Assembly (NCBI GenBank): GCA_964525395.1
Contig: CAZGGU010000003.1
Location: forward strand, 2,883 to 66,882
Direction: 5' to 3'
DNA: 64,000 bases
Origin: an uncultured Gammaproteobacteria bacterium
GTDB lineage: Bacteria > Patescibacteriota > Microgenomatia > Levybacterales > UBA12049
The notes beneath the pieces were generated by a model, which was not told the origin of the DNA, made no database searches, and saw only the letters and a list, made by a program, of their open reading frames with translations. Positions 56,498-64,000 of this stretch are shown one piece after another (the stretch's first letter is position 1; each line of letters starts with the position of its first letter). The translations under genes and the position numbers were made by a program.

Positions 56498-57461
56498 TTC
56501 TGAAATTTTAATTACAGGGGGTGCTGGATTTATTGGTAGTAGTCTTGCTGATGAATTAGTAAAGCAAGGAGCAACGGTTACCATTCTTGATGCAATGATT
56601 GCCCCATATGGTGGCAATATGTTTAATATCAAACAAATAAAAAATAAAGTTAATTTTATTAAAGGAGATGTGAGAAATCACAAAGCTGTGGAAAAAGCAG
56701 TCAAAGGAAAAGATTTTGTTTTTCACCTGGCTGGACAGACAGGCAGAAATATTTCTATGGAGAACCCTATTCTAGATACCGAAATAAATATAATAGGGAC
56801 ATTAAATGTAATTGATGGTATTAGAAGGCAAATGAAAAAACCTAAACTTATTTTTGCTGGAAGTAGGGGAGCTTGTGGAATGCCAACATATTTACCAGTT
56901 AATGAGAAACATCCAGATAACCCTAGGGATGTCTATGGAATTAATAAAATGTCAGCTGAAAAAATGTGTCTACTTTTAGGAAAAGAAAACGATTTTGAAG
57001 TAGTATCCTTGCGACTTAATAATGTTTACGGACCAAGATGCCAAATAAAAAGTAACCATTATGGAACTATTAATTTGTTTGTTTCTTACGCATTGCAGGG
57101 AAAAGTAATGCCAATTTATGGAGATGGTTTACAAACAAGAGATTATGTGTACGTAACAGACGTAGTGAATGCTTTTATTAGTTCTATGAATCCAAAAGCA
57201 AATAATAATATGTATTATGTGGGAACTGGAGTTCCTACTTCGTTACTGGAAATAGTAGGGATAATTCAAGAAAAGATTCCTGATGCCAAATTTAAAAAGG
57301 TACCTTTTCCAAAAGAACTTAAAAGTGTAGATTTTCCAGAGTTTTATTCCGACTCATCGTTTATAGAAAAACAACTTGGTTGGAAACCAAAAATTAATAT
57401 AGAAAAAGGTATTGAAGAGACTATAGTGTTTTATAAAGAGAACTTGAAATACTATTTATGA
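56484..57461 (+). CDS. NAD-dependent nucleotide-sugar epimerase/dehydratase (extended SDR)
   Basis: ILITGGAGFIGSSLADELVKQGATVTILD. Catalytic YGINK. Confidence 0.8.
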   Translation: MKINNSEILITGGAGFIGSSLADELVKQGATVTILDAMIAPYGGNMFNIKQIKNKVNFIKGDVRNHKAVEKAVKGKDFVFHLAGQTGRNISMENPILDTEINIIGTLNVIDGIRRQMKKPKLIFAGSRGACGMPTYLPVNEKHPDNPRDVYGINKMSAEKMCLLLGKENDFEVVSLRLNNVYGPRCQIKSNHYGTINLFVSYALQGKVMPIYGDGLQTRDYVYVTDVVNAFISSMNPKANNNMYYVGTGVPTSLLEIVGIIQEKIPDAKFKKVPFPKELKSVDFPEFYSDSSFIEKQLGWKPKINIEKGIEETIVFYKENLKYYL

Positions 57462-57679
57462 AACCACAAGATATATTATTCTTAATAATTCTAGGTATAC
57501 TTTTATACAAAAGAGATTCTAGGTTGTTTGTCTGGGCAGGACTCATCTCTCTTTTAATCTCGATCCCTTTATTCGCAAAATGGATTTTCTTTACTGCTGA
57601 GAGATTTACTCTATATGCATTTGTTTTTCTTTTAATCGCGGTTCTTTTCAATTTAGCTAAAATTAGGCATAATAAATGA
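57458..57679 (+). CDS. small two-TM membrane protein (73 aa)
   Basis: Two hydrophobic helices. Start overlaps the upstream stop. Confidence 0.4.
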   Translation: MKPQDILFLIILGILLYKRDSRLFVWAGLISLLISIPLFAKWIFFTAERFTLYAFVFLLIAVLFNLAKIRHNK

Positions 57680-57682
57680 ATG

Positions 57683-57708
57683 AGTCCCGTTAGGATTTTA
57701 ATGGGACT
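57683..57708 (+). other. hairpin AGTCCC-N14-GGGACT containing the conserved TGAGTCCCGTT element
   Basis: The same 11-mer occurs at 21699-21709, also immediately 5' of a GT4 gene. Confidence 0.35.
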
Positions 57709-57747
57709 ATTTATTTATGTTGTTATTGAAAGGAAAAATCTAACGGG

Positions 57748-58293
57748 ATGAAAATCGGAATTGATATTAGCCAGCTTGCTTATCCAAATACAGGCGTAGC
57801 TAATTATCTCGAAAATCTTATTGATTCATTGTTGAAGGTGGACTCAAAGAATGAATATGTTCTTTTCTATTCATCGATGAGAAAAAATTTACAATTTACA
57901 ATTTTCAATTTTCAATCAAATCCAAATGTTTCAATTAAAAAATTTAAATTACCACCGACTTTATTAAACCTGTTATGGAATAAATTACATATTCTGCCAA
58001 TTGAAAGAATTATTGGTCCAGTAGACTTGTTTATCACTTCCGACTGGACAGAGCCTCCTGCGAAAGCTAAGAAGGCTACGATCATTTATGACATGATTGT
58101 TTATAAAAATCCTGAAGAAACAGCCAAAAGTATTGTAGAGACTCAAAAGAGAAAACTAAAATGGGTTAAGAAAGAATCAGACATAATATTTGCCATCTCT
58201 AAATCTACTAAGAAAGATATTGAAGAAATATTAGGAATTGATTCATCAAAAATTAAAGTAATTTATCCAGGGCTGAATAAATTAACTAGTTAA
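57748..58293 (+). pseudogene. GT4 glycosyltransferase N-terminal-domain-only fragment (C-terminal catalytic half missing)
   Basis: MKIGIDISQL... ends at ...KVIYPGLNKLTS, the inter-domain linker position in the intact neighbouring GT4 genes. Confidence 0.45.
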
Positions 58294-58310
58294 CACATTA
58301 ACTTGTTAAC
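58282..58310 (+). repeat. tandem palindromic repeats TTAACTAGTTAAC and TTAACTTGTTAAC upstream of the four-helix-bundle gene
   Basis: Read directly. The second copy is repeated exactly at 58724-58736. Confidence 0.8.
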
Positions 58311-58324
58311 GCGTTAATAACTTT

Positions 58325-58714
58325 ATGAAGATTACCAAATATGAGGAGTTGGAAATTTGGAATCTCAGCATCGAGATTGCATTAAAAGTTTATGAATTAA
58401 CTAGCAAGGGGAAATTCATGAAAGTTTATGGCTTAAGAGATCAAATTCGGCGTGCATCTGTTTCAATCAGTTCAAATATTGCAGAAGGTTTTGAAATGAA
58501 TAATAACAACGATTTTATTAGATTTTTGAGAATAGCTAAGAGTTCGGCTGGAGAAGTTAGAAGTCAACTTTATATTTCGTATGAGCTTGGTTATATTAAT
58601 TCAAGAGAATATAATGAATTAACCGATAAATTAATAACTTTATCCTCACAGAACGGAAAATTTATTAGTTATCTTTTGAGCAAGAAGAATAATAAAGAAT
58701 TTTTGAACCGATGA
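58325..58714 (+). CDS. four-helix-bundle protein (so-called 23S rRNA intervening-sequence protein family)
   Basis: 129 aa. YEELEIWNLSIEIALKVYELTSK...DQIRRASVSISSNIAEGF...SAGEVRSQLYIS typical of that family. Confidence 0.75.
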   Translation: MKITKYEELEIWNLSIEIALKVYELTSKGKFMKVYGLRDQIRRASVSISSNIAEGFEMNNNNDFIRFLRIAKSSAGEVRSQLYISYELGYINSREYNELTDKLITLSSQNGKFISYLLSKKNNKEFLNR

Positions 58715-58723
58715 AAGAACTTT

Positions 58724-58736
58724 TTAACTTGTTAAC
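58724..58736 (+). repeat. direct repeat TTAACTTGTTAAC (exact copy of 58298-58310) downstream of the four-helix-bundle gene
   Basis: 13/13 identical. Together the two copies bracket the 390-nt gene. Confidence 0.8.
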
Positions 58737-58751
58737 TTATTTAATTATCCG

Positions 58752-59882
58752 ATGAAGATTGCAATTAATGGTTACGAAGCCGCGGTTCCACGTTTTGGTT
58801 ATGATGAGATAACAGGACTTCCTAATAGGGTTGGTTCTAGTGCATATGTATTTGAATTACTCCTCAACCTGAACAGACTAGATCATGATAATGAATACGT
58901 AATTTATTTGCCGGTCAATCCGACAAAGGATATGCCTGCTGAATCTGAAAAATGGAAATACAATGTTCTTCCTGCGAGAAAACTTTGGACCCTTACTGCT
59001 CTTTCTCGAGAATTTGCATTGAAAAAACCATACTATGATGCTTTCTGGAATCCTGGACATTATCTTCCTCCCTTTGCTCCGAAAAACTCTATCGTCTCTA
59101 TACTCGATTTGTCCTATGTATATTTCCCAGAACTATTTGCTAAAACTGACCTTCTGAAGCTAAATAAGTGGAGTAAATATTCAGCAAAGCACGCAAAAAA
59201 GATTCTTACGATAAGTATTAGTAGTAAGAATGATATAATTAAAGAGTACAAGATTGACTCTGGAAAGGTAGAAGTAATCTATCCTGGAATAGGCATTGAA
59301 TCTAGAATTAAGAATAATGAATTAAGCATGGAGAATTTATCTAAAAAATATAGCGTCACTAGTCCTTATATTTTATTTGTTGGTACACTTCAGCCTCGTA
59401 AAAATGTAGCTCGTCTCATTGAAGCCTTTTCAAAACTTGATAGTGATATCTCTTTAGTTGTGATTGGAAAAAAAGGATGGCAATATGAAGAAATATTGGC
59501 TGCTCCAGCTAAGTTTGGCGTAGAGTCTAAAGTAAGATTTCTTCATAACGTAACAAGTGAGGATCTTCCATCCTTTTATAAAAATGCCGAGTTTTTTGTG
59601 CTCCCTAGTCTTTATGAAGGTTTTGGTCTACCTGTGCTTGAGGCAATGCAACTTGGTTGCCCAGTAATAACCAGTGACATTTCTAGCCTTCCAGAAGCGG
59701 GAGGGAATGCAGCTCTTTACTTTGATCCAAAAAACGTAGACGATATAAAAGAGAAAATGCAAAAAGTGTTGAATGACAAAGATTTAAGAAAAAAAATGAT
59801 TGACAAAGGGCATGATCAGGTGAAGAAATTTTCATGGGAAAAATCTGCTAAAGAAACATTGGCTATTATTGAATCTTTATGA
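58752..59882 (+). CDS. GT4 (GT-B) glycosyltransferase
   Basis: MKIAINGYEA...EGFGLPVLEAMQLGCPVITSDISSLPE. Full-length two-domain architecture. Confidence 0.85.
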   Translation: MKIAINGYEAAVPRFGYDEITGLPNRVGSSAYVFELLLNLNRLDHDNEYVIYLPVNPTKDMPAESEKWKYNVLPARKLWTLTALSREFALKKPYYDAFWNPGHYLPPFAPKNSIVSILDLSYVYFPELFAKTDLLKLNKWSKYSAKHAKKILTISISSKNDIIKEYKIDSGKVEVIYPGIGIESRIKNNELSMENLSKKYSVTSPYILFVGTLQPRKNVARLIEAFSKLDSDISLVVIGKKGWQYEEILAAPAKFGVESKVRFLHNVTSEDLPSFYKNAEFFVLPSLYEGFGLPVLEAMQLGCPVITSDISSLPEAGGNAALYFDPKNVDDIKEKMQKVLNDKDLRKKMIDKGHDQVKKFSWEKSAKETLAIIESL

Positions 59883-60430
59883 AAAGAGTAATGAGAAGAG
59901 GAACGACATTAATTCGTGAATTCGAAAATATGATTATGGCTTGGAGTGGCCATGTTCCATCGCACCATTTCCGCCGTTTTATTTATAGACTTGGGGGAAT
60001 GAGAATTGGTAAAGGTTCTACGATTCACTGCGGTGCTAAGTTTTACAACGCTCATAAAATAAGAATTGGGTCTGACACTATTATAGGCGAAGATGCAGTG
60101 CTTGATGGGCGAGATATGCTTGTGATTGGAAGCCATGTAGATATTGCTTCAGAAGTAATGATTTATAATGCTGAGCATGATGTAAACGATGCATCTTTCT
60201 CAGCAATTACTGGAGCTGTTGAGGTAGAAGATTATGTGTTCATTGGTCCGCGAGCAATAATTCTCCCAGGAGTAAAGATTGGAAGAGGTGCCGTAATAGG
60301 CGCTGGGGCAGTAGTCACTAAAGATGTAGAGCCGTTTAAAATAGTAGGTGGTGTGCCAGCAAAAGAAATTGGTGAGAGAACGAATAAAGATCCTCATTAC
60401 AGACTGGGAAGAGCTGCTTGGTTTAGATAA
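59879..60430 (+). CDS. hexapeptide-repeat (left-handed beta-helix) sugar O-acetyltransferase, WbbJ/WcaF-like
   Basis: IGEDAVLDGRDMLVIGSHVDIASEVMIYN...IGPRAIILPGVKIGRGAVIGAGAVVTKDV. GC looks higher than the flanks. Confidence 0.8.
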   Translation: MKRVMRRGTTLIREFENMIMAWSGHVPSHHFRRFIYRLGGMRIGKGSTIHCGAKFYNAHKIRIGSDTIIGEDAVLDGRDMLVIGSHVDIASEVMIYNAEHDVNDASFSAITGAVEVEDYVFIGPRAIILPGVKIGRGAVIGAGAVVTKDVEPFKIVGGVPAKEIGERTNKDPHYRLGRAAWFR

Positions 60431-61302
60431 TGAAATTATCAATTGTTATTCTTAGCTACAATACTCCGGATTTGATAAAAAATTGCTTAGATTCTCTCGA
60501 AAAATTCTACAAAGATGATTTAGGGAAAAATATTGAAGCTATTGTGGTAGATAATAAATCAGAAAAAGAGAACTTAGACAAAACTAAAAAATTTGTTTCA
60601 AGTAAAAAATTTGCATATTTTATCGAAAACAGTGAAAATGCAGGTTTTGGAAAAGGCTGTAATTTAGGCGTAGCTAAAGCGAAAGCAGACTATGTTTTAT
60701 TTTTAAATTCCGATGCAGAAGTAATTGACTCTAATCTGTTAGAAATGTCAGGTTTCCTTGATAAGAATCATGATATTGGAATCTTGGGTGGGAAAATTTT
60801 AAATCCTGATAAATCTCCTCAGAAATCTGCTGGCAAATTTTATAATCTATTAAATTTTTTAATTATGATTTTAGGCGGAGAAAAATTTGGTTTGCTTAGA
60901 AAAAGTCCAGAAAAAATTGAAAAAGTTGATTGGGTAAGTGGCGCATTTATGATGGTAAATAAAAAAATGTTTAATCTGATTGGTGGATTTGATAAGAATA
61001 TTTTTATGTACATGGAGGATATGGAGATTTCTTTTAAGGCAAAAAAGAAGGGAATTGAAACCTACTTTTACCCAGATGCGAAAGTAATTCATAAAGAATA
61101 TGGAAGCAGTAATCGTGGATTTGCCATTGTAAATATTTATAAAGGACTTTTATATTTTTACAAAAAATATAAAAGTCCTTGGGAATACGGGATTGTTAAA
61201 TTATGTTTATATACCAAAGCAATGCTTATTTACTTATTGGGGAAATTGACTAATAATAGTTATTACGTAAAAACATACGGGGAAGCATTAAAGATTATAT
61301 GA
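60430..61302 (+). CDS. GT2 glycosyltransferase
   Basis: LSIVILSYNTPDLI...EAIVVDNKSEKEN...LFLNSDAEV...YMEDMEISF. Confidence 0.8.
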   Translation: MKLSIVILSYNTPDLIKNCLDSLEKFYKDDLGKNIEAIVVDNKSEKENLDKTKKFVSSKKFAYFIENSENAGFGKGCNLGVAKAKADYVLFLNSDAEVIDSNLLEMSGFLDKNHDIGILGGKILNPDKSPQKSAGKFYNLLNFLIMILGGEKFGLLRKSPEKIEKVDWVSGAFMMVNKKMFNLIGGFDKNIFMYMEDMEISFKAKKKGIETYFYPDAKVIHKEYGSSNRGFAIVNIYKGLLYFYKKYKSPWEYGIVKLCLYTKAMLIYLLGKLTNNSYYVKTYGEALKII

Positions 61303-64000
61303 AAAAAGGTTTAGCTTGGCTTTGGGACAATATTTTATTTATCGAAACAATCTTTCTTTTAGTTTTTATTCCCCTTTTTCCCAAAATCCCAATTTTAGAT
61401 GTGAGAAACACATGGGTTTATATTCGTGCTGAAGATTTTATAGTTTTCTTTGTATTAATCTCATGGTTAATCTTGCTAATTAAGAATAAAGTTACCCTCA
61501 GAACCCCAATCACATTTCCAATACTCATTTTTTGGATTATTGGTCTTATCGCAACTGTTCATGGAGTTCTCATTATTTTTCCAGAAATTGCCAATGCCTA
61601 TCCGAATGTGGCATTTCTCAGCCTGCTTCGACATATCGAATATATGAGCATTTTCTTCATCGCTTTTGCTGGAATTAGAGACAAAAATCAGCTTAAGTGG
61701 GTTATTGCAGCTTTATTTGTAACTCTTCTTGGAGTCATTCTTTATGGATTTGGACAGAAATTCCTTGGATTTCCAGCTTATTTAACGATGAATGAGGAAT
61801 TTGCTAAAGGAATTCCTATTAAACTATCTGAACTTTCGCGTGTTCCTTCTACTTTCGCAGGACATTATGATTTAGCAGCTTATCTAGTATTAATAATTCC
61901 AATTATGGCAAGTTTATTCTTTGGAGTTAAAAATTATATAGCAAAAGCTTCATTTGTAGTTATCTCATTTTTGGGATTAATTCTTCTATTTATGACGGTT
62001 TCAAGAGTTTCATTCGCTGTTCTTTTTATCGCGCTTTTTGCAGTTTTATTTTTCCAAAAAAGAAAATTGGCACTTTTGGCCATTCCTTTGGGAATATTAA
62101 TGATCGTAGGCTTATTAACATTCCAGTCTTCTCTTACTGACAGATTTAAAAGTACAGTTTCAGAAGTGGATGTTTTAGTGGATGCAAAAACAGGAGATTC
62201 TCTCGGCCATGTGAGATTTGTAAACAAGGAAGAGCTAAAAGACAAAGTAGTTCTGCAAAGAAGAGTAAAAGATAAGACTGAACTAGAAGTAGCACTTAGT
62301 GGAGAAGATCCAAATGCTTATTCCACAACATCGGCTATTTTACCGTTTAAATATATTCCTGAAGAAGTGCCTTTGGTAACAGCAGTGAATATTTCAACCG
62401 GCGAAAGTCTTTCTCAAGGAACAGGCTATACAAATTTGTATCTTTCTCCTGTGGTAAAGCGTTTAGGAAATTTTTATTATGAACTTCCACCTGATTTTAA
62501 AGCCTCTCCTTCAGCGCAGATTCTAGTATTACATGGTGACTTTATTGTAAAGCGCGCGTCTGCTTATGATTTATCATTTACCACTCGTTTCCAGGGTGAA
62601 TGGCCAAATGCAATCCAAGCATTTAAGAGAAATCTTTTGGTGGGCAGTGGATATGGGTCAGTTAGTTTGGCAGTAGATAATAACTATTTAAGAATTTTAG
62701 GTGAAATTGGAGTTCTTGGATTCGTTTCATTTTTGTTAATCTTTATTTCCCTGGGAATTTATATAAGAAAAGTATTCTCTGATATCGATTCTATATTGGT
62801 TAGAAGTTACATAATTGGATTTGGGGCAGGTCTTATTGGTTTAGCATTAAATGCTACTTTGATCGACGTTTTCGAAGCATCTAAGATAGCATTTCTTCTT
62901 TGGACACTCACTGGTGTAACATTTGGAATATTAGTTTTCTATCAGAAGAAAAGTTTTAGTCTCAAAGATGAACTTATCAGAGTAGCCACTTCTTCTTACG
63001 CTATTTTAATTTATCTTTTCCTGTTTACTTTTGTAATTTTCGTACCAACCCTAGGAAATAATTTCGTGGGTGATGATTTCACATGGCTTAGATGGGTAGC
63101 TGATTGCAAAAATGCATGTGGTCCGGTTCATTCGCTTTCAAATTATCTGATTAATGCTGATGGATTTTTCTATCGACCGGGCACTAAAGCTTATTTCTAT
63201 TTCATGTATAACTCATTTTGGCTTAATCAAGTTGTTTATCATTTGGTTTCATTAGTCTTACATTTCGTGGTCGCAGCTCTATTTTATTTACTTGCTAGAA
63301 AAATTCTAAAAAATAATTTGCTTGCAACAATCGCTGCATTCTTGTTCGTAATTATGAGTGGATCTGCTGAAGCAGTACTTTGGGTTTCTTCAACGGGATA
63401 TTTATTTAATGCAGTTTTCGGTTTGATCGGTCTACTTTCATTTATCTATTGGGACGAGAAAAAGAAAATATATTGGTTAATAATTTCGATCGTTTCATTT
63501 TCTGCTGCGATGCTCTTTCATGAATTAGGTGTAGTTCTACCGTTCCTAGTCCCGGTTTACCTTTGGTATAAAGATTTTTCTATTAAAGGTTTGAAAAATA
63601 TTGTGAAGAGATGGGATGTATTAATCCTCTTGGTGCCAATGATTTTATATATTCTTCTTAGATTTATCGCTGGAAGTCATTGGTTTAACGGAGATTATAG
63701 CTATGATCCTCTTATGCTTCCGTTTAACTTTATAGGTAATTCAATTGGATACCTAATGCTTAGTACAGTAGGATCAATGTCGTTGTCTATCTATGAAAGC
63801 ATTAGGATGGTTGCAAGACAAAATATACTTGCAATGCTAGTGATTATTCCAATATTCGTTGCTGGAGTTTATTTAGCAATTCGATATGGCAAGAAATATA
63901 TTACAAATGAAGAAAAGAAGACGATAGTATTTGGAATTTTGTTCTTTATCGTGGCACTTTTGCCGTTCATTGCTCTGGGAAATATAACCTCAAGATATAG
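61299..64000 (+). CDS. Wzy/O-antigen-ligase-like polymerase domain fused to a C-terminal GT-C-like membrane domain; partial, runs off the window end
   Basis: Stop-free frame for at least 900 codons from an ATG overlapping the previous stop (ATGA); not in the supplied ORF track. Wzy_C-like motif GSGYGSVSLAVDNNYLRILGEIGVLG. Large hydrophilic loop around aa 280-440. Second module with DDFTWLRW...YHLVSLVLHFVVAALFYLLA. Confidence 0.7.
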   Translation, partial: MKKGLAWLWDNILFIETIFLLVFIPLFPKIPILDVRNTWVYIRAEDFIVFFVLISWLILLIKNKVTLRTPITFPILIFWIIGLIATVHGVLIIFPEIANAYPNVAFLSLLRHIEYMSIFFIAFAGIRDKNQLKWVIAALFVTLLGVILYGFGQKFLGFPAYLTMNEEFAKGIPIKLSELSRVPSTFAGHYDLAAYLVLIIPIMASLFFGVKNYIAKASFVVISFLGLILLFMTVSRVSFAVLFIALFAVLFFQKRKLALLAIPLGILMIVGLLTFQSSLTDRFKSTVSEVDVLVDAKTGDSLGHVRFVNKEELKDKVVLQRRVKDKTELEVALSGEDPNAYSTTSAILPFKYIPEEVPLVTAVNISTGESLSQGTGYTNLYLSPVVKRLGNFYYELPPDFKASPSAQILVLHGDFIVKRASAYDLSFTTRFQGEWPNAIQAFKRNLLVGSGYGSVSLAVDNNYLRILGEIGVLGFVSFLLIFISLGIYIRKVFSDIDSILVRSYIIGFGAGLIGLALNATLIDVFEASKIAFLLWTLTGVTFGILVFYQKKSFSLKDELIRVATSSYAILIYLFLFTFVIFVPTLGNNFVGDDFTWLRWVADCKNACGPVHSLSNYLINADGFFYRPGTKAYFYFMYNSFWLNQVVYHLVSLVLHFVVAALFYLLARKILKNNLLATIAAFLFVIMSGSAEAVLWVSSTGYLFNAVFGLIGLLSFIYWDEKKKIYWLIISIVSFSAAMLFHELGVVLPFLVPVYLWYKDFSIKGLKNIVKRWDVLILLVPMILYILLRFIAGSHWFNGDYSYDPLMLPFNFIGNSIGYLMLSTVGSMSLSIYESIRMVARQNILAMLVIIPIFVAGVYLAIRYGKKYITNEEKKTIVFGILFFIVALLPFIALGNITSRY

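Noticed and set aside
57748-58293. Alternative reading of the short GT4 ORF as a genuine split (two-polypeptide) glycosyltransferase
   Set aside because: Known split GT-B enzymes (Alg13/14-like) belong to a different family. No separate C-terminal-half gene follows; the next GT4 is full-length. Pseudogene or fragment is more likely, but this is not proven.
1-64000. CRISPR arrays, rRNA genes, transposases/integrases
   Set aside because: No regularly spaced direct repeats, no rRNA-like conserved stretches and no DDE/tyrosine-recombinase-like proteins were recognised. The only mobile-looking feature is the repeat-flanked four-helix-bundle gene.

Overview
This is an AT-rich (roughly 30% GC) bacterial window. 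The gene content and style resemble a Candidate Phyla Radiation/Patescibacteria-like or other low-GC monoderm genome, but lineage cannot be proven from sequence alone.

nt 1-10,650 carry housekeeping and stress genes: an RmlC-like cupin, an OmpR-type response regulator plus histidine kinase, a secreted protein, two DUF1003 paralogues bracketing a membrane-anchored thermonuclease, a tiny acidic protein and endonuclease III, then Lon protease, a hairpin and tRNA-Glu(CUC).

From 10,693 to the window end (>53 kb) there is an almost uninterrupted same-strand array of about 47 genes for extracellular glycan synthesis. It holds at least 14 GT2 glycosyltransferases (4 of them polyprenyl-phosphate-sugar synthase-like), 5 GT4 plus one N-terminal fragment, and at least 10 GT-C-like polytopic membrane proteins of ArnT/PMT-like and YfhO-like type. 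It also holds two Wzx-like flippases, a Wzy-like polymerase fused to a GT-C-like domain (open at the window edge and absent from the supplied ORF track), GalE, an SDR epimerase/dehydratase, a ColD/E1-type histidine-dependent sugar 3-dehydratase, a WxcM-like acetyltransferase-FdtA fusion next to an FdtB-like aminotransferase, three methyltransferases and two acetyltransferases.

The points most worth a second look are:
- four Dpm1-like GT2 → GT-C modules that imply extracytoplasmic glycosylation from lipid-linked monosaccharides;
- tandem paralogue arrays;
- a recurrent extended -10 element 5-9 nt before start codons, suggesting leaderless mRNAs;
- a four-helix-bundle gene flanked by 13-bp direct repeats beside a truncated GT4 gene;
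- a shared TGAGTCCCGTT 5' element in front of two GT4 genes.

No CRISPR array, rRNA, transposase or integrase was recognised.
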